Assembly: GCF_040938485.1 (NCBI RefSeq)
Contig: NW_027270976.1
Span: 1,302,001 to 1,366,000 of the forward strand
Reading direction: 5' to 3'
DNA length: 64,000 bases
From: Diadema antillarum
Taxonomy: Eukaryota
A model generated the notes under the pieces. The model made no database searches. It was given only the letters and a program-made list of their open reading frames with translations, and had not been told where the DNA came from. A program made the position numbers and the translations under genes. This document shows, one piece after another, positions 14,401 through 26,878 of this stretch; within the stretch, counting starts at the first letter, position 1; the number at the start of each line of letters is the position of its first letter.

Positions 14401-14780
14401 TTCAGAAACATCATATTAACAGGCGCAGACTTACTCATGACACATATGGGTTGAACTGAAAAATTGTAGATCTTCAGTTCTTCCTTACTGACTGGTAGAC
14501 TTCAGAGTCAACAGCAGTCAATGCATAGCTAAAGAGCTATAGTATACACATAATATAGTTGTACATCCAGCATTGGAATATTTAATGCAGTCATTGCTAA
14601 GTCAGTACAGGTTTTCTAGTTGAAGTCATTCATACTGTACAAATCACGAGATGAATCTCTTTCATTGTAATATCAAACGTTGCACATTCGTTGTTCATTA
14701 CTGAGTGTCTATATCAAACAAAGAGTGAGTTCAGGGACAAAAATAGAACTCTCTCTATATTGTGGCTTTCATTACTGTCA

Positions 14781-14873
14781 TTAACCCGTTGAGGACGAGT
14801 CCTGAGTATACTCGGGCAAGTGTCTATTGGAAATGCATGTTGTAGCAAAATCAAACCGTCCTCAACAGGTTAA
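14781..14873. mobile_element. piggyBac-like mini-MITE (85 bp + TTAA TSDs), copy 1
   Basis: TTAA|CCCGTTGAGGACG...CGTCCTCAACAGG|TTAA; CCC/GGG-type termini with TTAA; two more copies in the window. Confidence 0.8.
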
Positions 14874-15234
14874 AGGGGAAGGCTAGTAACTGATCAGTGG
14901 GAATCAGTGGAAATGCTGGGAGATGATTGTTCCAATCCTTATGGGATTCATTCAAGAGTTCATTGTATATCTATTGTTGTGTGAAAATGATTTGCTTCAG
15001 AATGGTCTCATATTCAAGTAATGTGCAGTATAATGCTTCCAGGTTAGCGTCCCTGGTCAGTGACGGAACATTAATCTGCACATTACTTGAATATGAGACC
15101 GTTCTGAAGCAAATCATTTTCACACAACAATAGATATACAATGAACTCTTGAATGAATCCCATAAGGATTGGAACAATCATTTCCCAGCATTTCCACTGA
15201 TTCCCACTGATCAGTTACTAGCCTTCCCCTTTAA
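14870..15234. mobile_element. Kolobok/T2-like foldback MITE, near-perfect 365-bp palindrome
   Basis: TTAA|AGGGGAAGGC...GCCTTCCCCT|TTAA; arms of about 170 bp pair around position 15052 (mirror ORFs 14927+ and 15177- are almost identical); about 24-nt loop. AGGRR termini with TTAA are the T2/Kolobok signature. Confidence 0.85.
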
Positions 15235-16292
15235 TTCTCTTTTGACATCATCTTCACGTTTCCTATTGACATAAAAAGCACATTTCATTCCTGTTAACCA
15301 CATTTTCGGAAAGCCGATTTTAAAAAATTCATGAAACCATTATTGCAAGCCTTCCTGGCTGTATTATTAGATTTGATGTTTGTTGACTGCAGATTGGATG
15401 ACATTAGGAAGAAATCTCTCAGGAAATCCCTTGTGATATGAAATGACGCTTATTCCCTCCCGCTATCAGACACCAGTGTGCTTGTCTGGAGTCTGCTATG
15501 TGTGGTATTGAAAAGCTCTCCACAGACATTACAATTCATGCTTTTCAGCACATTGCCTTGTATTCCTTCCCCCACATTTTTGCTGTACGAACCTGAATCT
15601 GTATTTATCTGTCTGTCTGTTTAACCATCAATACAGTATATCAACTTCCCATTAATCTTGTTATCCGTCTGTCTGATCATCTATCTTTTAGGTCTATCAA
15701 TCACGCATCTGCCCATTGCTCTGTCTTTCTATCTATTTCTCCATCTGTCTTTAGTTGTATTTGTCTTCTTGTTGATATCTTTTTCCTCTTTGTGTACTGG
15801 TACCTCTCTGTACACTTTATCTATGCTGTACAGGAACTGGTTTGAAATGTAGTGCAGTTTGTATGTAATCTGGAAATTGGAAAACCGTTCTGTATGGTTG
15901 TATGATAATTAGATGACTAGACAAAAAAAGAACTATGCGAATCTTGCCATTCTTCAGTAATTATATGATTGACAAGTAGTTATAGAAAAAGAATGCAACA
16001 TGGAGACTAATAAGTGCACATGTTCATTTTTCAGTGTATGTCGTCAGTCAGGGACAGTTTTAAACCGTAAGATACCACTCTCCAACCAATCTCATCGACT
16101 ATCTGAAAATTATTATTATCAGACCTGTAGGTATTGCCTCCCTTAATGAAGTGATTTTATGCTACAAGTGCAGTTTTAAATCATAAAATCTAGATACAAA
16201 GATAGTAAATAAAAGTTTAGCATGAAGAATGCAAAGTGGCGAAGGGGGACTAATTTTTAATTATTGCCTTTGTCATGTAATGTTGATGGTTC

Positions 16293-16478
16293 CATGACAT
16301 TTGCTCCTGCGACAATTGCTCCCACTGAATATCTGCACACTAAGCCAGACATCATTTCTATCCACAAACATAACCCTAGTCCACATGTCAAACTAAACCT
16401 AAAACCCTATCACAACCCTAACCCTAAGTCCTTGGAGAAAATAAGACCGGAGCAATTGTCACAGAAGCAAATGTGTTG
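16293..16478 (+). mobile_element. MITE with ~30-bp TIRs and internal TAACCC-like repeats, copy 1
   Basis: TIR catgacatttgctcctgcgacaattgctcc / ggagcaattgtcacagaagcaaatgtg; second copy in opposite orientation at 41220-41421. Confidence 0.75.
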
Positions 16479-16686
16479 TCACCAATTTTGATATTATTTC
16501 TTCAATCCAAAACATGTTGGGTATTTTGTTTCCGTGGCAGAGTTCATATCAATTAATCAAGGAGTGGAATACATATGAGATGTATGCATCCAAAATCATG
16601 GAAGAATGTATTTTGTGGTATCAAGGTGATGTGTGCTTTATTCATCCCTTTTTTATACTCTTTGCATCCTTGTCTTGTGCCCTCAG

Positions 16687-16744
16687 GAAAACACTGACTG
16701 CTCTCGCATTTTCTGGAGACGGGAGATACCTTGCATCAGGAGAG
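16687..16744 (+). CDS. WDR62/MAPKBP1: Exon 3 (phase 2-0): KTLTALAFSGDGRYLASGE
   Basis: Acceptor gccctcag, donor GAG|gtgagt; matches KTITALAFSPDGKYLVTGE. Confidence 0.97.
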
Positions 16745-16762
16745 GTGAGTCAGAGAGAGGAT

Positions 16763-16838
16763 GAGTGATGCGGGGAGAGGGAGCGATGCGGGGAGAGGGA
16801 GTGATGCGGGGAGAGGGAGTGATGGGAGTGAGGGAGTG
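16763..16838 (+). repeat. 18-bp G-rich minisatellite (GAGTGATGCGGGGAGAGG) x about 4
   Basis: Three near-perfect units plus a degenerate fourth, starting 19 nt after the exon 3 donor. Confidence 0.9.
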
Positions 16839-18224
16839 TCTTCATTCTACAGCAGGTGGAATCATCAGGGGCAGCGTAGCATAGGTGGAGCGTAAAATTG
16901 ACGATCATCTTTGATGTGGAACTATGCCGTCCCATGGGGGAAGGAAGGTCCCCGCTACAAAAAGGGATTATAATATGTATGTACATGAGAGACACTTTGA
17001 TGTCTCCATGGTTTCAGTGTCTGGATGACACATCCTCTAAGGAGGTGATCATCAAATCTGTCACCAGTCGTTTTGTATCCAAAGCCTGCCACACACACAC
17101 TTAAGATTTGCTCACAGAAATAGCTTGTTTATATTACATTGTAATGTCAGTTCTGTTTCCGATGATCATTCATAAAGTGATTACTAATCTTCGATAAATC
17201 AAATTGATTTATTTAATACTATCAGTCTCTAAGTGGAAGATCTAATCATGCTTCAATCATTCAGTGTACTATAATGCTCTTTGAATGGAAAATTTGTCTA
17301 CATGATAAAAGATTAGATGAAACTTGTAACCTTTGCAGTTCAGGTGTTGTCTCTGGTATTATTTTTTACTTACTATGCTTTCAACAATTATTCATGTATT
17401 AATAGGAAGACAGGTGCCCCCAAATCACTGATTTATCAGTCATTGCCCTAATATGAGAACCTACTTGAGGTAGCATCTGTCGAGCTTGATGACCTTATTT
17501 GGACATCCCAATTGTATCACACTTTGTGAGTCTAAGAATCTTCATTCTTCAAATCAGTCATACTGAATCACAACCATGTTTGTGGTTAAGTGTATGTTGA
17601 AGCTGAAGTCACTATCATAAGGAAGGCAGGAAATGTTTGTGTGAACAGCCACACCGATAGGCAGGAACATGTTGAGTTACTATCTGCTATACGTCAGAAA
17701 TTCAGTGATATGTCTCGGGTATAAGTTGAATAATACAAACAAGATAGAAAAGGACGTAACAGCTGGAGGTGCTTCTTATTTCACATTTGGTCAAAATATA
17801 ATGCCACATGGTTCAATATGTGACTTTATTATAAGTCGGTTGTTATTGGACTTATAAAATGTCACTACTAGGCTCATACTAATATCAGTCATCCATTTCC
17901 GTGTCATAAAATTGTTTCACATACCTTTACAATTGTATTAGCTTAGCAATTAGATGTATATCTGTGATGATGCATGTCCGCTGTCCCAAGATATAAAGGC
18001 TAACTGATGTGATATTTTCCTCCACGGGTGCATTCACACAGACAGTATAGTAGTAAGCAAAACAATATGGAATCCATCTACTTGTCACATAGCAGAGTCA
18101 CTAGCAAACTCCTGATTAGATGCACTTTATTCATCATGCTTTGTGCAAGGAACAGTTGTTTGTTTTTTTTACATTGTTTGGTTATCATGCTTTTATTTTT
18201 TATTTCAGTTGTTTCATCTTGCTT

Positions 18225-18325
18225 TTTCTCTTTGCTTTTTGGTTTGTTATGTTGTGTTATGTTTTATTTGTTTTTTATTTGTTTGTTTGTTGTTTGTTTG
18301 TTTGTTTGTTTGTTTGTTTGTTTTT
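18225..18325. repeat. (TTTG)n-type microsatellite/low complexity
   Basis: tgtttgtttgttt runs; source of the hydrophobic ORFs 18028, 18120 and 18143. Confidence 0.9.
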
Positions 18326-20384
18326 TTGCATTTGCTAATTCAAAGTCTATCACATAGATAACCTTGTTACCCGTACCTGGTAGATTGCACATGGTATAAA
18401 CTGATACACAGAGAGAAATGTATCATTTTACCAGAATGGGTTCCAGCACGTGATCACTTTGTTTATTGGGAGAGCCATTTGTTCAGGCAATAAAACCATT
18501 TTATGTCATTACTCATCCTATCACATGGGCATGATTGTCAACACCCGAATATTGCATGGTATAGAAGGGGTCATAAGTCACACTCAATTTGCTAGAATAG
18601 CTTTCCCACTAAGATCAAGTCAGAACCAATATCAAGGAGGAAGTGGAGGAGGAGAGCAGCTAGCTGTTGAACATAATCAGATTCTGTCTCTCTTCAATCG
18701 CCTCTGAGGAATTCAATATCACTGTGTCCCAAACACCATCCCCTTCTTACTTCCATTGCAGCCCTGCATAGCAAGGCAAACTGAGGCACTTATTTCCACC
18801 TATGTGTTAGTGGCAAGATGCTATTTTAGTAACCTGTTATTTGCCTTAGGTTGTTTCCTTGGAACAATCACAGGCTTTTCAAAGCTAGATGTGATAGTTT
18901 CAAGCCTTTTATGGCTAGGATGGTGACTCATCCGCCATCACTGGATCTAACAGGCATTGGGCATCCCCGGCACCCCAGCCGCCTCTACCGTCACATTTAT
19001 AGCTGTGGCTAATAATGTTAATGAAATGAGTGTCGGGGTTGGAGATGCATTTTGGGTTTTGCCTGTGAGAGTTTTTTTGTGGGAACTCAGTGAGAGTGCA
19101 TTTATATCTCACAAGGTCACTCTCACAATAATTTAATGAAAAATTTATGACAAATTGATTATTTCGGTCATCTAATCAGGAGCTTGCAATTCTTGTGGGT
19201 GTGTGTGGGTGTGGATGTGGGTGTGTGTGTATGAAAATGGTAGTAGTAAAATAAATTGCTTATCAAACGATTCAAAGGTAATTGTATCGCCCAGGCACAT
19301 TTTCATTGATTGGCCAGACAAGTCCATGAATGAATACAAATCAACCAGTGGTACAGTGGTATGAACTACACTTGCATATTGTACACAAAGGCACAGAACC
19401 CTTGTGCTGATTGTATTGAACCATATCATGGCAGCCATGAATCAGAGTTAGTGACAAAGAAATTAATATGTCTACTCAGTGAGTCAATTAGCCTCTGAAA
19501 TTGAGATGCAGAGTGTCGGCAGTCACTTACAGTGTACAATAAATATTCATATATATACCAAATGTCTGCGTGGAGGCTGTTAGGTAGTAGATATTGATTA
19601 AAGTATGATATAATGGATGTACAGTGCATTGTAATTGTCTTCTGGACCCTGTTCGTGAACCACTCTGTATGGAATTGTGACCTTCAGTAATTGGGTTAAT
19701 ATAATGACAGCTTGACAACAACCAATAAACATTTTAGTTGTTATGATCACTTAAATAATGGCCTCAATTGATGTCCAAAGACAACAACTGTTTGAAATGT
19801 GCAATTGTACAGCTCTTTTTGTAATATTTGACCTAGATGGGATGACATGTGAAATATGGATTACTGTATGACAGATGTAATCTAATCCATGCATTTATGA
19901 CAAGCTGTTTCTTAAATGACAGTGATACCATACCAATATGATGTTGGGATTCTATGTTAGGCACCCTTACTTCTACATGACTGCAATATCTGTACAATGA
20001 TATTTGAACGAAAGCAACACAGAAGATCAGCAAAAGTTTGAAGGAAACAAATGTTATGTTACACCTTTGGCAATTAAGAAGTCTGCAACATGGTAACTGA
20101 CATTGGTCACCTTGCATGTACATCACTTGTGGAAATAATAATTGTATCCAGAAAAGAAACAGAATTTTTATTAATATTTATGTTTGTGTTGGGGTTTTTT
20201 CTGATTGTGTAATATCTATGTTTTTGATGGATTCATGCAAAGTAGACCTCTGCAAGGGATGTAGTCTCTTAAAGATTAAAGAAGTACTTCCCAAATCTAT
20301 AATTCATGGCAGTGTAAGTGGCATGGGAATTCTTTTGTGTATTCTGTGTTTTTAGTGGAAATGATTTTTTTTGTATTCTTCCAG

Positions 20385-20477
20385 TGTGGTCACAACCCAG
20401 CTGTTAGGATATGGGATGTTCAGGAAAGGACCCAGGTGACTGAACTCGTGGGACACAAATTTGGCATCGCTTGTGTG
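20385..20477 (+). CDS. WDR62/MAPKBP1: Exon 4 (phase 0-0): [31 protein letters not shown]
   Basis: Acceptor ttcttccag, donor GTG|gtaagt; matches SGHMPAVRVWDV...HKYGVACV. Confidence 0.97.
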
Positions 20478-20840
20478 GTAAGTAAAAAGGTTTTGACTCA
20501 TTGTGGCTGCAGTTTAGGAAAATAAAAATGTTAGTGAATCTGTTGGAGAGAAGCAGGCTGATTGTAAGGTACTGTATACACCGCATATTTCATTGTACAT
20601 TTAGTTATCATATCACTGCATAACGTCATATAGTGACTCTGGTATCAAATCTTAATAGTGTATTGTTCGACAAATACTGGTAAAAGACTTTTTAATTAAA
20701 TTGACAGATCATTGTACATTTTCCTTTCCATGTTAAAATGCACTCGGATATTTATGAATTGTATGTTTTCTATGATGATATGCATACCTTTCTGCTTCTG
20801 AATGTTGTAAGTCATAAAAATAGTCCAAAAGGATTGTGAC

Positions 20841-20933
20841 TTAACCCATTGTAGACTGGTCCCGAGTATACTTGGGCAGGTGTCTATGGGAAATGTGTGT
20901 TATACCAAAATCAGCTCGTCATCAACAGATAAA
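20841..20933. mobile_element. piggyBac-like mini-MITE, degenerate copy 2
   Basis: ttaacccattgtagactggtcccgagtatacttgggcaggtgtctatgggaaatg... is colinear with 14781-14873; right end eroded. Confidence 0.75.
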
Positions 20934-21269
20934 GGGATTTGTAAACAGTGATGGCTGTGGCATTGCCCTGCTTTTTATATTAGAGAAAATGTGGCCAGTA
21001 ATAAACCCATCACATTGACTCATACAAAGAAAGAAGTGAAGGAAGGAAACATAGGAGGTTAGTTTGAATAGCATTGAGGACATGGCATTTGGTTACTGTC
21101 ACTTTTAACACCAAGTTTTGGTTTTCACCCATTAAGTGCTTTGGTGCGCTAATGACTTTGTTTTCAAACCACATGATATGCGAAGTATACATGCAAGTTA
21201 TATATGCTTCAGTGTTGGTGTTATGAAATTTGTGAGAAGTTTCCATGAAATATGATCCTTTTTCTAAAA

Positions 21270-21400
21270 TTGTAGGAATGTATAGTAATGGTCACAAAAT
21301 GATTTTATGATAAGTGATTAATCATAAATTATGTTTGTAGGAATGTATAGTAGTGGTCACAAAATGATTGTATGATCAGTGATTTATCATGAATTAATGT
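21270..21400. repeat. 65-bp tandem duplication (2 copies)
   Basis: ttgtaggaatgtatagta(a/g)tggtcacaaaatgatt... occurs at 21270 and 21335. Confidence 0.9.
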
Positions 21401-21752
21401 GTGAATGAAGATGTATGTGTTTCAAGCTAAGATAAAAACTTTCAAGAATCCCTTTAAAATTTTAGAATAGATGAAGTTGGTAATGTTTTCTACATACATT
21501 GTATGTTCTTTGGATGATGGGAATATTTGATGTGAATCATGAATTCATGCCCTGCTACAATCTAGCTAGCTCAAAAGATAGCAGCAGTTAAGACTACCTT
21601 CCTAAGAAGAGGCAGCACATAATTGAAATGACGCATCATTAGGGTAGATTAAGGAGGGGAGATGAAAGCGGATTACCCTCAGAATCTGCCGGCTTATCAT
21701 CTAAAGACCTTGCTAGACTAACAAAACTCTTGCTTTTAAGTCCTAAACCATG

Positions 21753-24700
21753 CAGTGAGGTCCACGAGGGGTTTTAGCATGTCGCTGCGACATGCTAAAA
21801 TTTTTGCGCGACATCCTTCAAAACTTGCGACATTCTAAGCGCCATGCCAATAAAACTGCGACATGCTAAAAGTAACTAACTCGCAAATGACTTACGAGAG
21901 TGCTCCTTGTTGAAAGGAGCAGCAGTAACGTGTGTTTACAAGCGCCAAAAGTTTATCCACAGTCACCACACCGATCACGACACAACGCAGCTCAACAACA
22001 AGCTATCAGTACAGTCTCGCACAACACCACATCACACACTTGCTCACTATCTCCCTCACCTCCCTGCTCACATGTGTATGCTATGGGATTGCGCTCTGAT
22101 TCGGGATCCACACACACAGCAATTTGTGTGAAGTAACACCTATGCAGCGGCACAGACAGCCGCCTGTATGCATGTGAGAGGGAGAGAGAGGACGGAAAGA
22201 GAGGGTCGGAGGCCGAGGGAGGCTGAGGAAGGCTGACACGTGCTCGCTTGTTGTCACGCTTGTTGTCGGGTTACGCAAAAACAAACGATATGAAATGCAT
22301 GCCCCCCTTCGCCAAAGGTTGTATTTTATATATATATATATATTTTTTTTCTGCTTTGGTTTGTTTGTTCGTTTGTCTGCCTGTCTGTCTCTCTATTCGC
22401 AAAATAAGTCAAAAGTTGGGAACAGATTAGGATGAAATTTCAGGAACAGTTGGTTGGTAAAATGGCGCAAGGAACAGATGATTAAATTTTGGTAGTGAGA
22501 AGGATTTATGATACCACTGGAATTCAACGTCAGGATATCCAGGATTTTTTCTTAGACTTTGTTTCGTATATTTGAAAGGATTCGTATCAATTCTATAGGA
22601 AGCTTGCCATCGGCAATAGCAATTACGCAAAATTAGATGCGTTCAAAGCATTGCCGCAGAGAGAAAATTACCTCCATCTTTCGTTAAAAAAAAATCAAAA
22701 ACAAAAACGAACGATGGAGTAAGCAAATGCAAATTGTTTAATCTTTTTTTTTTTGGTAGATTCAGCGGGTTATTTTTTCTCTAAAAAGCCATGCGTTCCA
22801 TTTGAACCTTTAGTAAGTTAGATTTTACTCGAGCGCCGAAGTTGAATTTATCCCAAGGATCTCGTCGCAATACCCAGTTTCCAATGTGTATTCATTTTCG
22901 CGTAGCTTTCGGTGCTGCAAAATTTTGCTAGGGCCTAAGTTTACTACTAAACTAATTTCTGTCATTTCTCACACCTCGTTTGGTATGATTTCTTCCCTTT
23001 TATATCACTTTATCCGTTCCCTTTATACTTTGAAGTAATTAAACGTAATTCCGTGTCTCGCACTGTTATTTTTGTAACGGCGATTTCTCCGCTTCGCTGC
23101 AATACTTTTTCGAATCGAAGCGACGGAGCTCGGAGTTTGATCCCAGCAGCCGCTTCGATGTGCTGTTTGTTGTATTTTCTAAATAAAAATGTTTGTGTTG
23201 TTGGGAGGTGTTGATACTTTGTATTTGTTATTTATTTTCCTAGGTATTTATCTCGAGGGATTAGGGCCTATGCGTGTTTCTTAATGTTGATAGGAAAAGG
23301 CTAAAATGATCTTGAGTGATGTCTGATGGTGATGATGATAACTATGCTGGTGACTGGTGTAAAAAGACGGATTCCTGTGAATGCTGAGCGTACGTGACGT
23401 TTGTTTATTTCCCTTTCCCTCTTACTCTTCTTTCCCCCTTTTAATACTCTCCTTTCCCCTCTCAAGAATGATAAAAAAAGAAATTACATACACCTCACAA
23501 CAAAAAGAACCACGTGCTATAGCAACCTTCGTAAAGTTCAATCTAAATGTTCAATATCAGCAAAGAATAAGGGGAAAGCACGAATGACAATAAATAAAAG
23601 CGAAGAGATCGTGTATGCAGTCTCTTCGGCTAGAAGAAACTTGACACCCCACCCCTCTCCCTTGTGGAAATTTCCACAAAAGCAGGTGCCACACCCAGGT
23701 GCGTGCCAGACGAAAGAATGCGCGCACTGGAATAAACAGCGTGTAAATATCCTGGAAATATCGATCGAAGAACCAGCTCATTAGTTGAATTAAAGGAATC
23801 ATTGCAAAGATATCATGATTCTATTTCTATAGCCTTTCTTTTGGCGCATAGTAGGAAACATCGAACAGTCGATTATAGTGTACTTGATCGAATATCTAAT
23901 GTTCCCTGAACAATAAAAAAAGGATTGATTATTCAGTCAATTAAAAATGCAATCACAGAAATACATGAATTAAAGGTCTCGTATGACCAGACAAATTCAC
24001 TACGAGTACAATTGTAGGTCCAGTGAGATGCAGTCATCACCTGGTTTAATACAACGTGTAATGACAATTAATTCCAGTTCACGCTCATCAAAACTGCTTA
24101 TTACTTTTCAAAGTTTTGGCTATCAACATTCGTTCGTGGGTGTATTTTGTTTGCTTGTTTGTTTGTTTGTTTGTTTTGTGTGTTTTTCTCTCGTGAAAGG
24201 CGTAATGATTTCTTCGTATCGAACGTAAACTGCATGTTTACTGTAAACAAGCCATTCAGCTCAGCTCAGCTATGGCGCATTCGATCCATCGAACTTGCAG
24301 TAACCTCTTACAGGCAGGATCGAGCACATGGCGCATTCCTTTAAAGTGAAAACTAAGTTTCGGTAAGTGCTGAAGAACCCGTCTAGCACCATTTCATTTT
24401 GAACGTGAAGCCACGTGTTTGCATCGGCGCTTTCACACACAGCGCGGCATTTTGCGATCATCGTTATAGCAGAATTTCCGATTCCAGTCAGGGGAAAAGG
24501 AATTGGAATACTTCTGAAAATACTGATATTTAAAATCCAATAAAATAAAAAAGCCTGAAAACAATGCATGATTATGTTTAAATAGTAAACAATAATTGGA
24601 AACACAGAACAGAGTTTTGCATCCGCTCACACAGAAGCTCTCTTGAGAAGATGAAAGCATTCCCCGTCCCCTGCTAGATAGTGGAAGCTTCCATAATCAG

Positions 24701-25697
24701 CCCAGCAAGTTTTTGGAGGTACATACAGTTGTACTTGCACTTGTACACATTCATTGCGAGAAAGCAATCAATCAACGCTGAACATTGCGTAGTTTGGCAT
24801 CTTTATCGTGCTGGTGACCAGCTCGATCCTTCGGCATGTGTCATAATGTTATGTTTAGAGCCTGTAGGCCTCATAAGTTGACAAGTTTAATTCAAAATAG
24901 CAAAAGAGAAAAAAAAAAAGGAGATTGAAAAAATATGAATTCTGGTGGGAAAATACGAATTTTGCAGCTGCTGAGTACTAATTTTTGCTTCCAAAGGTTG
25001 GCAGCTCTGTACTTTGGAAATTTAATTTCTCTCTGGAAAGGCTTATTGTGGATAGAATTACCTAGATCTGAGTTTTTGTTAAATGTCATTCAAGTTAACT
25101 AAACGTCTGTTTACCAGTAGGCTGCAAAAGTGCAGTTCTCACTTTTCTACACTCATCTCATCTACTTTGTGAGTACACAGTTATCTTGGCATTTCAATGT
25201 GAAACCAGGGAGGTGGCTCCTCCCTGGTGAAACTGAAAGTAAATAATATTAAAGACAGTCAGTGTGCTGTACTGTAGTACAAGTTCAAGATGTCCTTGTC
25301 ATTTATCATAGCATCCCCATTGAGGAGTATATCTATTCAAGATATATTCAAAAGGTCTTATGAGTAAGGAGTAGGACGATATATTAACATTTCAAGAACA
25401 ATTTAAAATCTTATGTCATAATCAAACAATTAACATAATTTTTCAAATATTAATGATTTTTATCCTGGCATTGCAGAGTGATCATAGTGATCAAAGTGTT
25501 CAAAATAAGGCTAAGATAGCACCAGAGAGCATCTAGAACCCCAGAGCTTCCAGGGCCCTTAAGCGGGCCCTGGACCCCGGCCGCAAGGGACTTCGCGCTT
25601 CGCGCTCGTGATGTGCGCTTCGCGCACATACTTTCATGCGCAATATCACTTTTTTCCCCCTGCAACATGCTAAAATTTCAAGTTGTGGACCACCCTG
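21753..25697. mobile_element. 3.9-kb non-autonomous TIR element, 5-bp TSD CCATG, superfamily uncertain (hAT-like CAG termini)
   Basis: Left end ccatg|CAGTGAGGTCCAC..TTTTAGCATGTCGC; right end GCAACATGCTAAAA..GTGGACCACCCTG|ccatg; subterminal GCGACATGCTAAAA repeats; interior visibly CpG-rich compared with flanks; no transposase motif recognised. Confidence 0.7.
22300..22560 (+). mobile_element. Degenerate HINE-like fragment nested in the 3.9-kb element
   Basis: ccccccttcgccaaaggttgtatttt + (TGTT/TGTC)n microsatellite + gcaaaataagtcaaaagt...gatgaaatttcagga...aaggaacagatgattaaattttgg, a layout typical of HINE bodies. Confidence 0.5.
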
Positions 25698-25850
25698 CCA
25701 TGAATGAAATGGTTTGACTAGAGGTAACATACAAGAAAGGGCCTTGCCTATTTTTGTTCTTTTTTTTGTATTCAGTCGTTTAGTATAAGTTCCATATTAG
25801 AATATTTGCATAGCCAAATCCCATATGTAGCTCATCCACATCATCACCTG

Positions 25851-26449
25851 GGGTGGTATTCTGAAATCCTTCCTAGGAAGAAATTTCTTCCTACGTCAGG
25901 ATTTTTTCCTAAGTGGTATTCTGAAAATCTTCCTAAGTTTCTTCCTAAGTAGACTTAGGAAGAAACTTAGGAAGGGGGCGGGAATATGCAAATTTCTGAC
26001 TTAGGAAGAAGTTGGTATTCTAGAATGCACTTAGGAAAGAATTTTAGGAAATAATTTAGGAAAGCTCCACCCCTGTCCTAAGTACGTTGTTAAGAATAGC
26101 AAACTGCAAGCATCGTGATAGGCGCGCTTGTCAGTCATTGCGCGCACATGTACTTTGATGCGCGAAATGAGCGTGAGAAAGGGGACATGCCGCGCACTCG
26201 TGTATTTGACCCTACGTCACAGTAATATGCGATTGTCATTGGCAGACATTGGTTAGTTCCTTATGATACGGCATTTCGTATTGGCTTAGGAAAGGACGTG
26301 GGTGGGGATAAGGATGGCTTAATTTGCATTAAGAAGTGCCTAGGAAGACATTTCAGAATACCAATTTTGTCTTTCCTAGGCACTTCCTAAGTTTCTGACT
26401 TAGGAAGAAACTTAGGAAGAAACTTAGGAAGATTTTCAGAATGCCGCCC
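25851..26449. mobile_element. PIF/Harbinger-like MITE with CTG TSD
   Basis: ctg|GGGTGGTATTCTGAAA...TTTCAGAATGCCGCCC|ctg; 3-bp CWG duplication; many internal CTTAGGAAG/CTTCCTAAG subterminal repeats. Confidence 0.8.
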
Positions 26450-26878
26450 CTGGTGCCAAGGATGACCTCCTTGCTAGGCTCTCTTTGTTTCTTATCAGAT
26501 ATCAGTCCATCTAAGCCTTACACTCCCATCTTATAATGATATAAAAGAATCTGTTTTGTGGTTTTAGCCTGGTGTCACCCTAGTTAAGTTATAATTGACA
26601 CACATGCATAAGAAAAGTGAACAACATCTTTTGGTATCATGCCATTTTTAGATCTCCTTATTTTTAAAAGTAGTGTAGAGCTGTAATACATGATCTAAAA
26701 TGTTGATACCATTTTGGTTCTCTACTTTCATGTTTTTATAAATAATGCAAAATCAATCACTAGCATGAACACTGCTACAATGATATATTCAGGCTAGTTC
26801 CTATATCCTTATTTTAGCAAATATATTTTTCATTGTGTCACTTTCCATGCAATAATTCCCCATCTGATGTGCCTCCAG

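Noticed and set aside
14927-15177. Twin near-identical ORFs on opposite strands suggesting a gene pair
   Set aside because: They are the two arms of one palindromic MITE.
18028-18361. Hydrophobic membrane-protein-like ORFs
   Set aside because: Artefact of the (TTTG)n microsatellite.
23401-23850. 127-aa ORF and a neighbouring stop-interrupted frame as a possible transposase of the 3.9-kb element
   Set aside because: No DDE, BED-finger or hAT dimerisation motifs are recognisable; the frames are short and interrupted.
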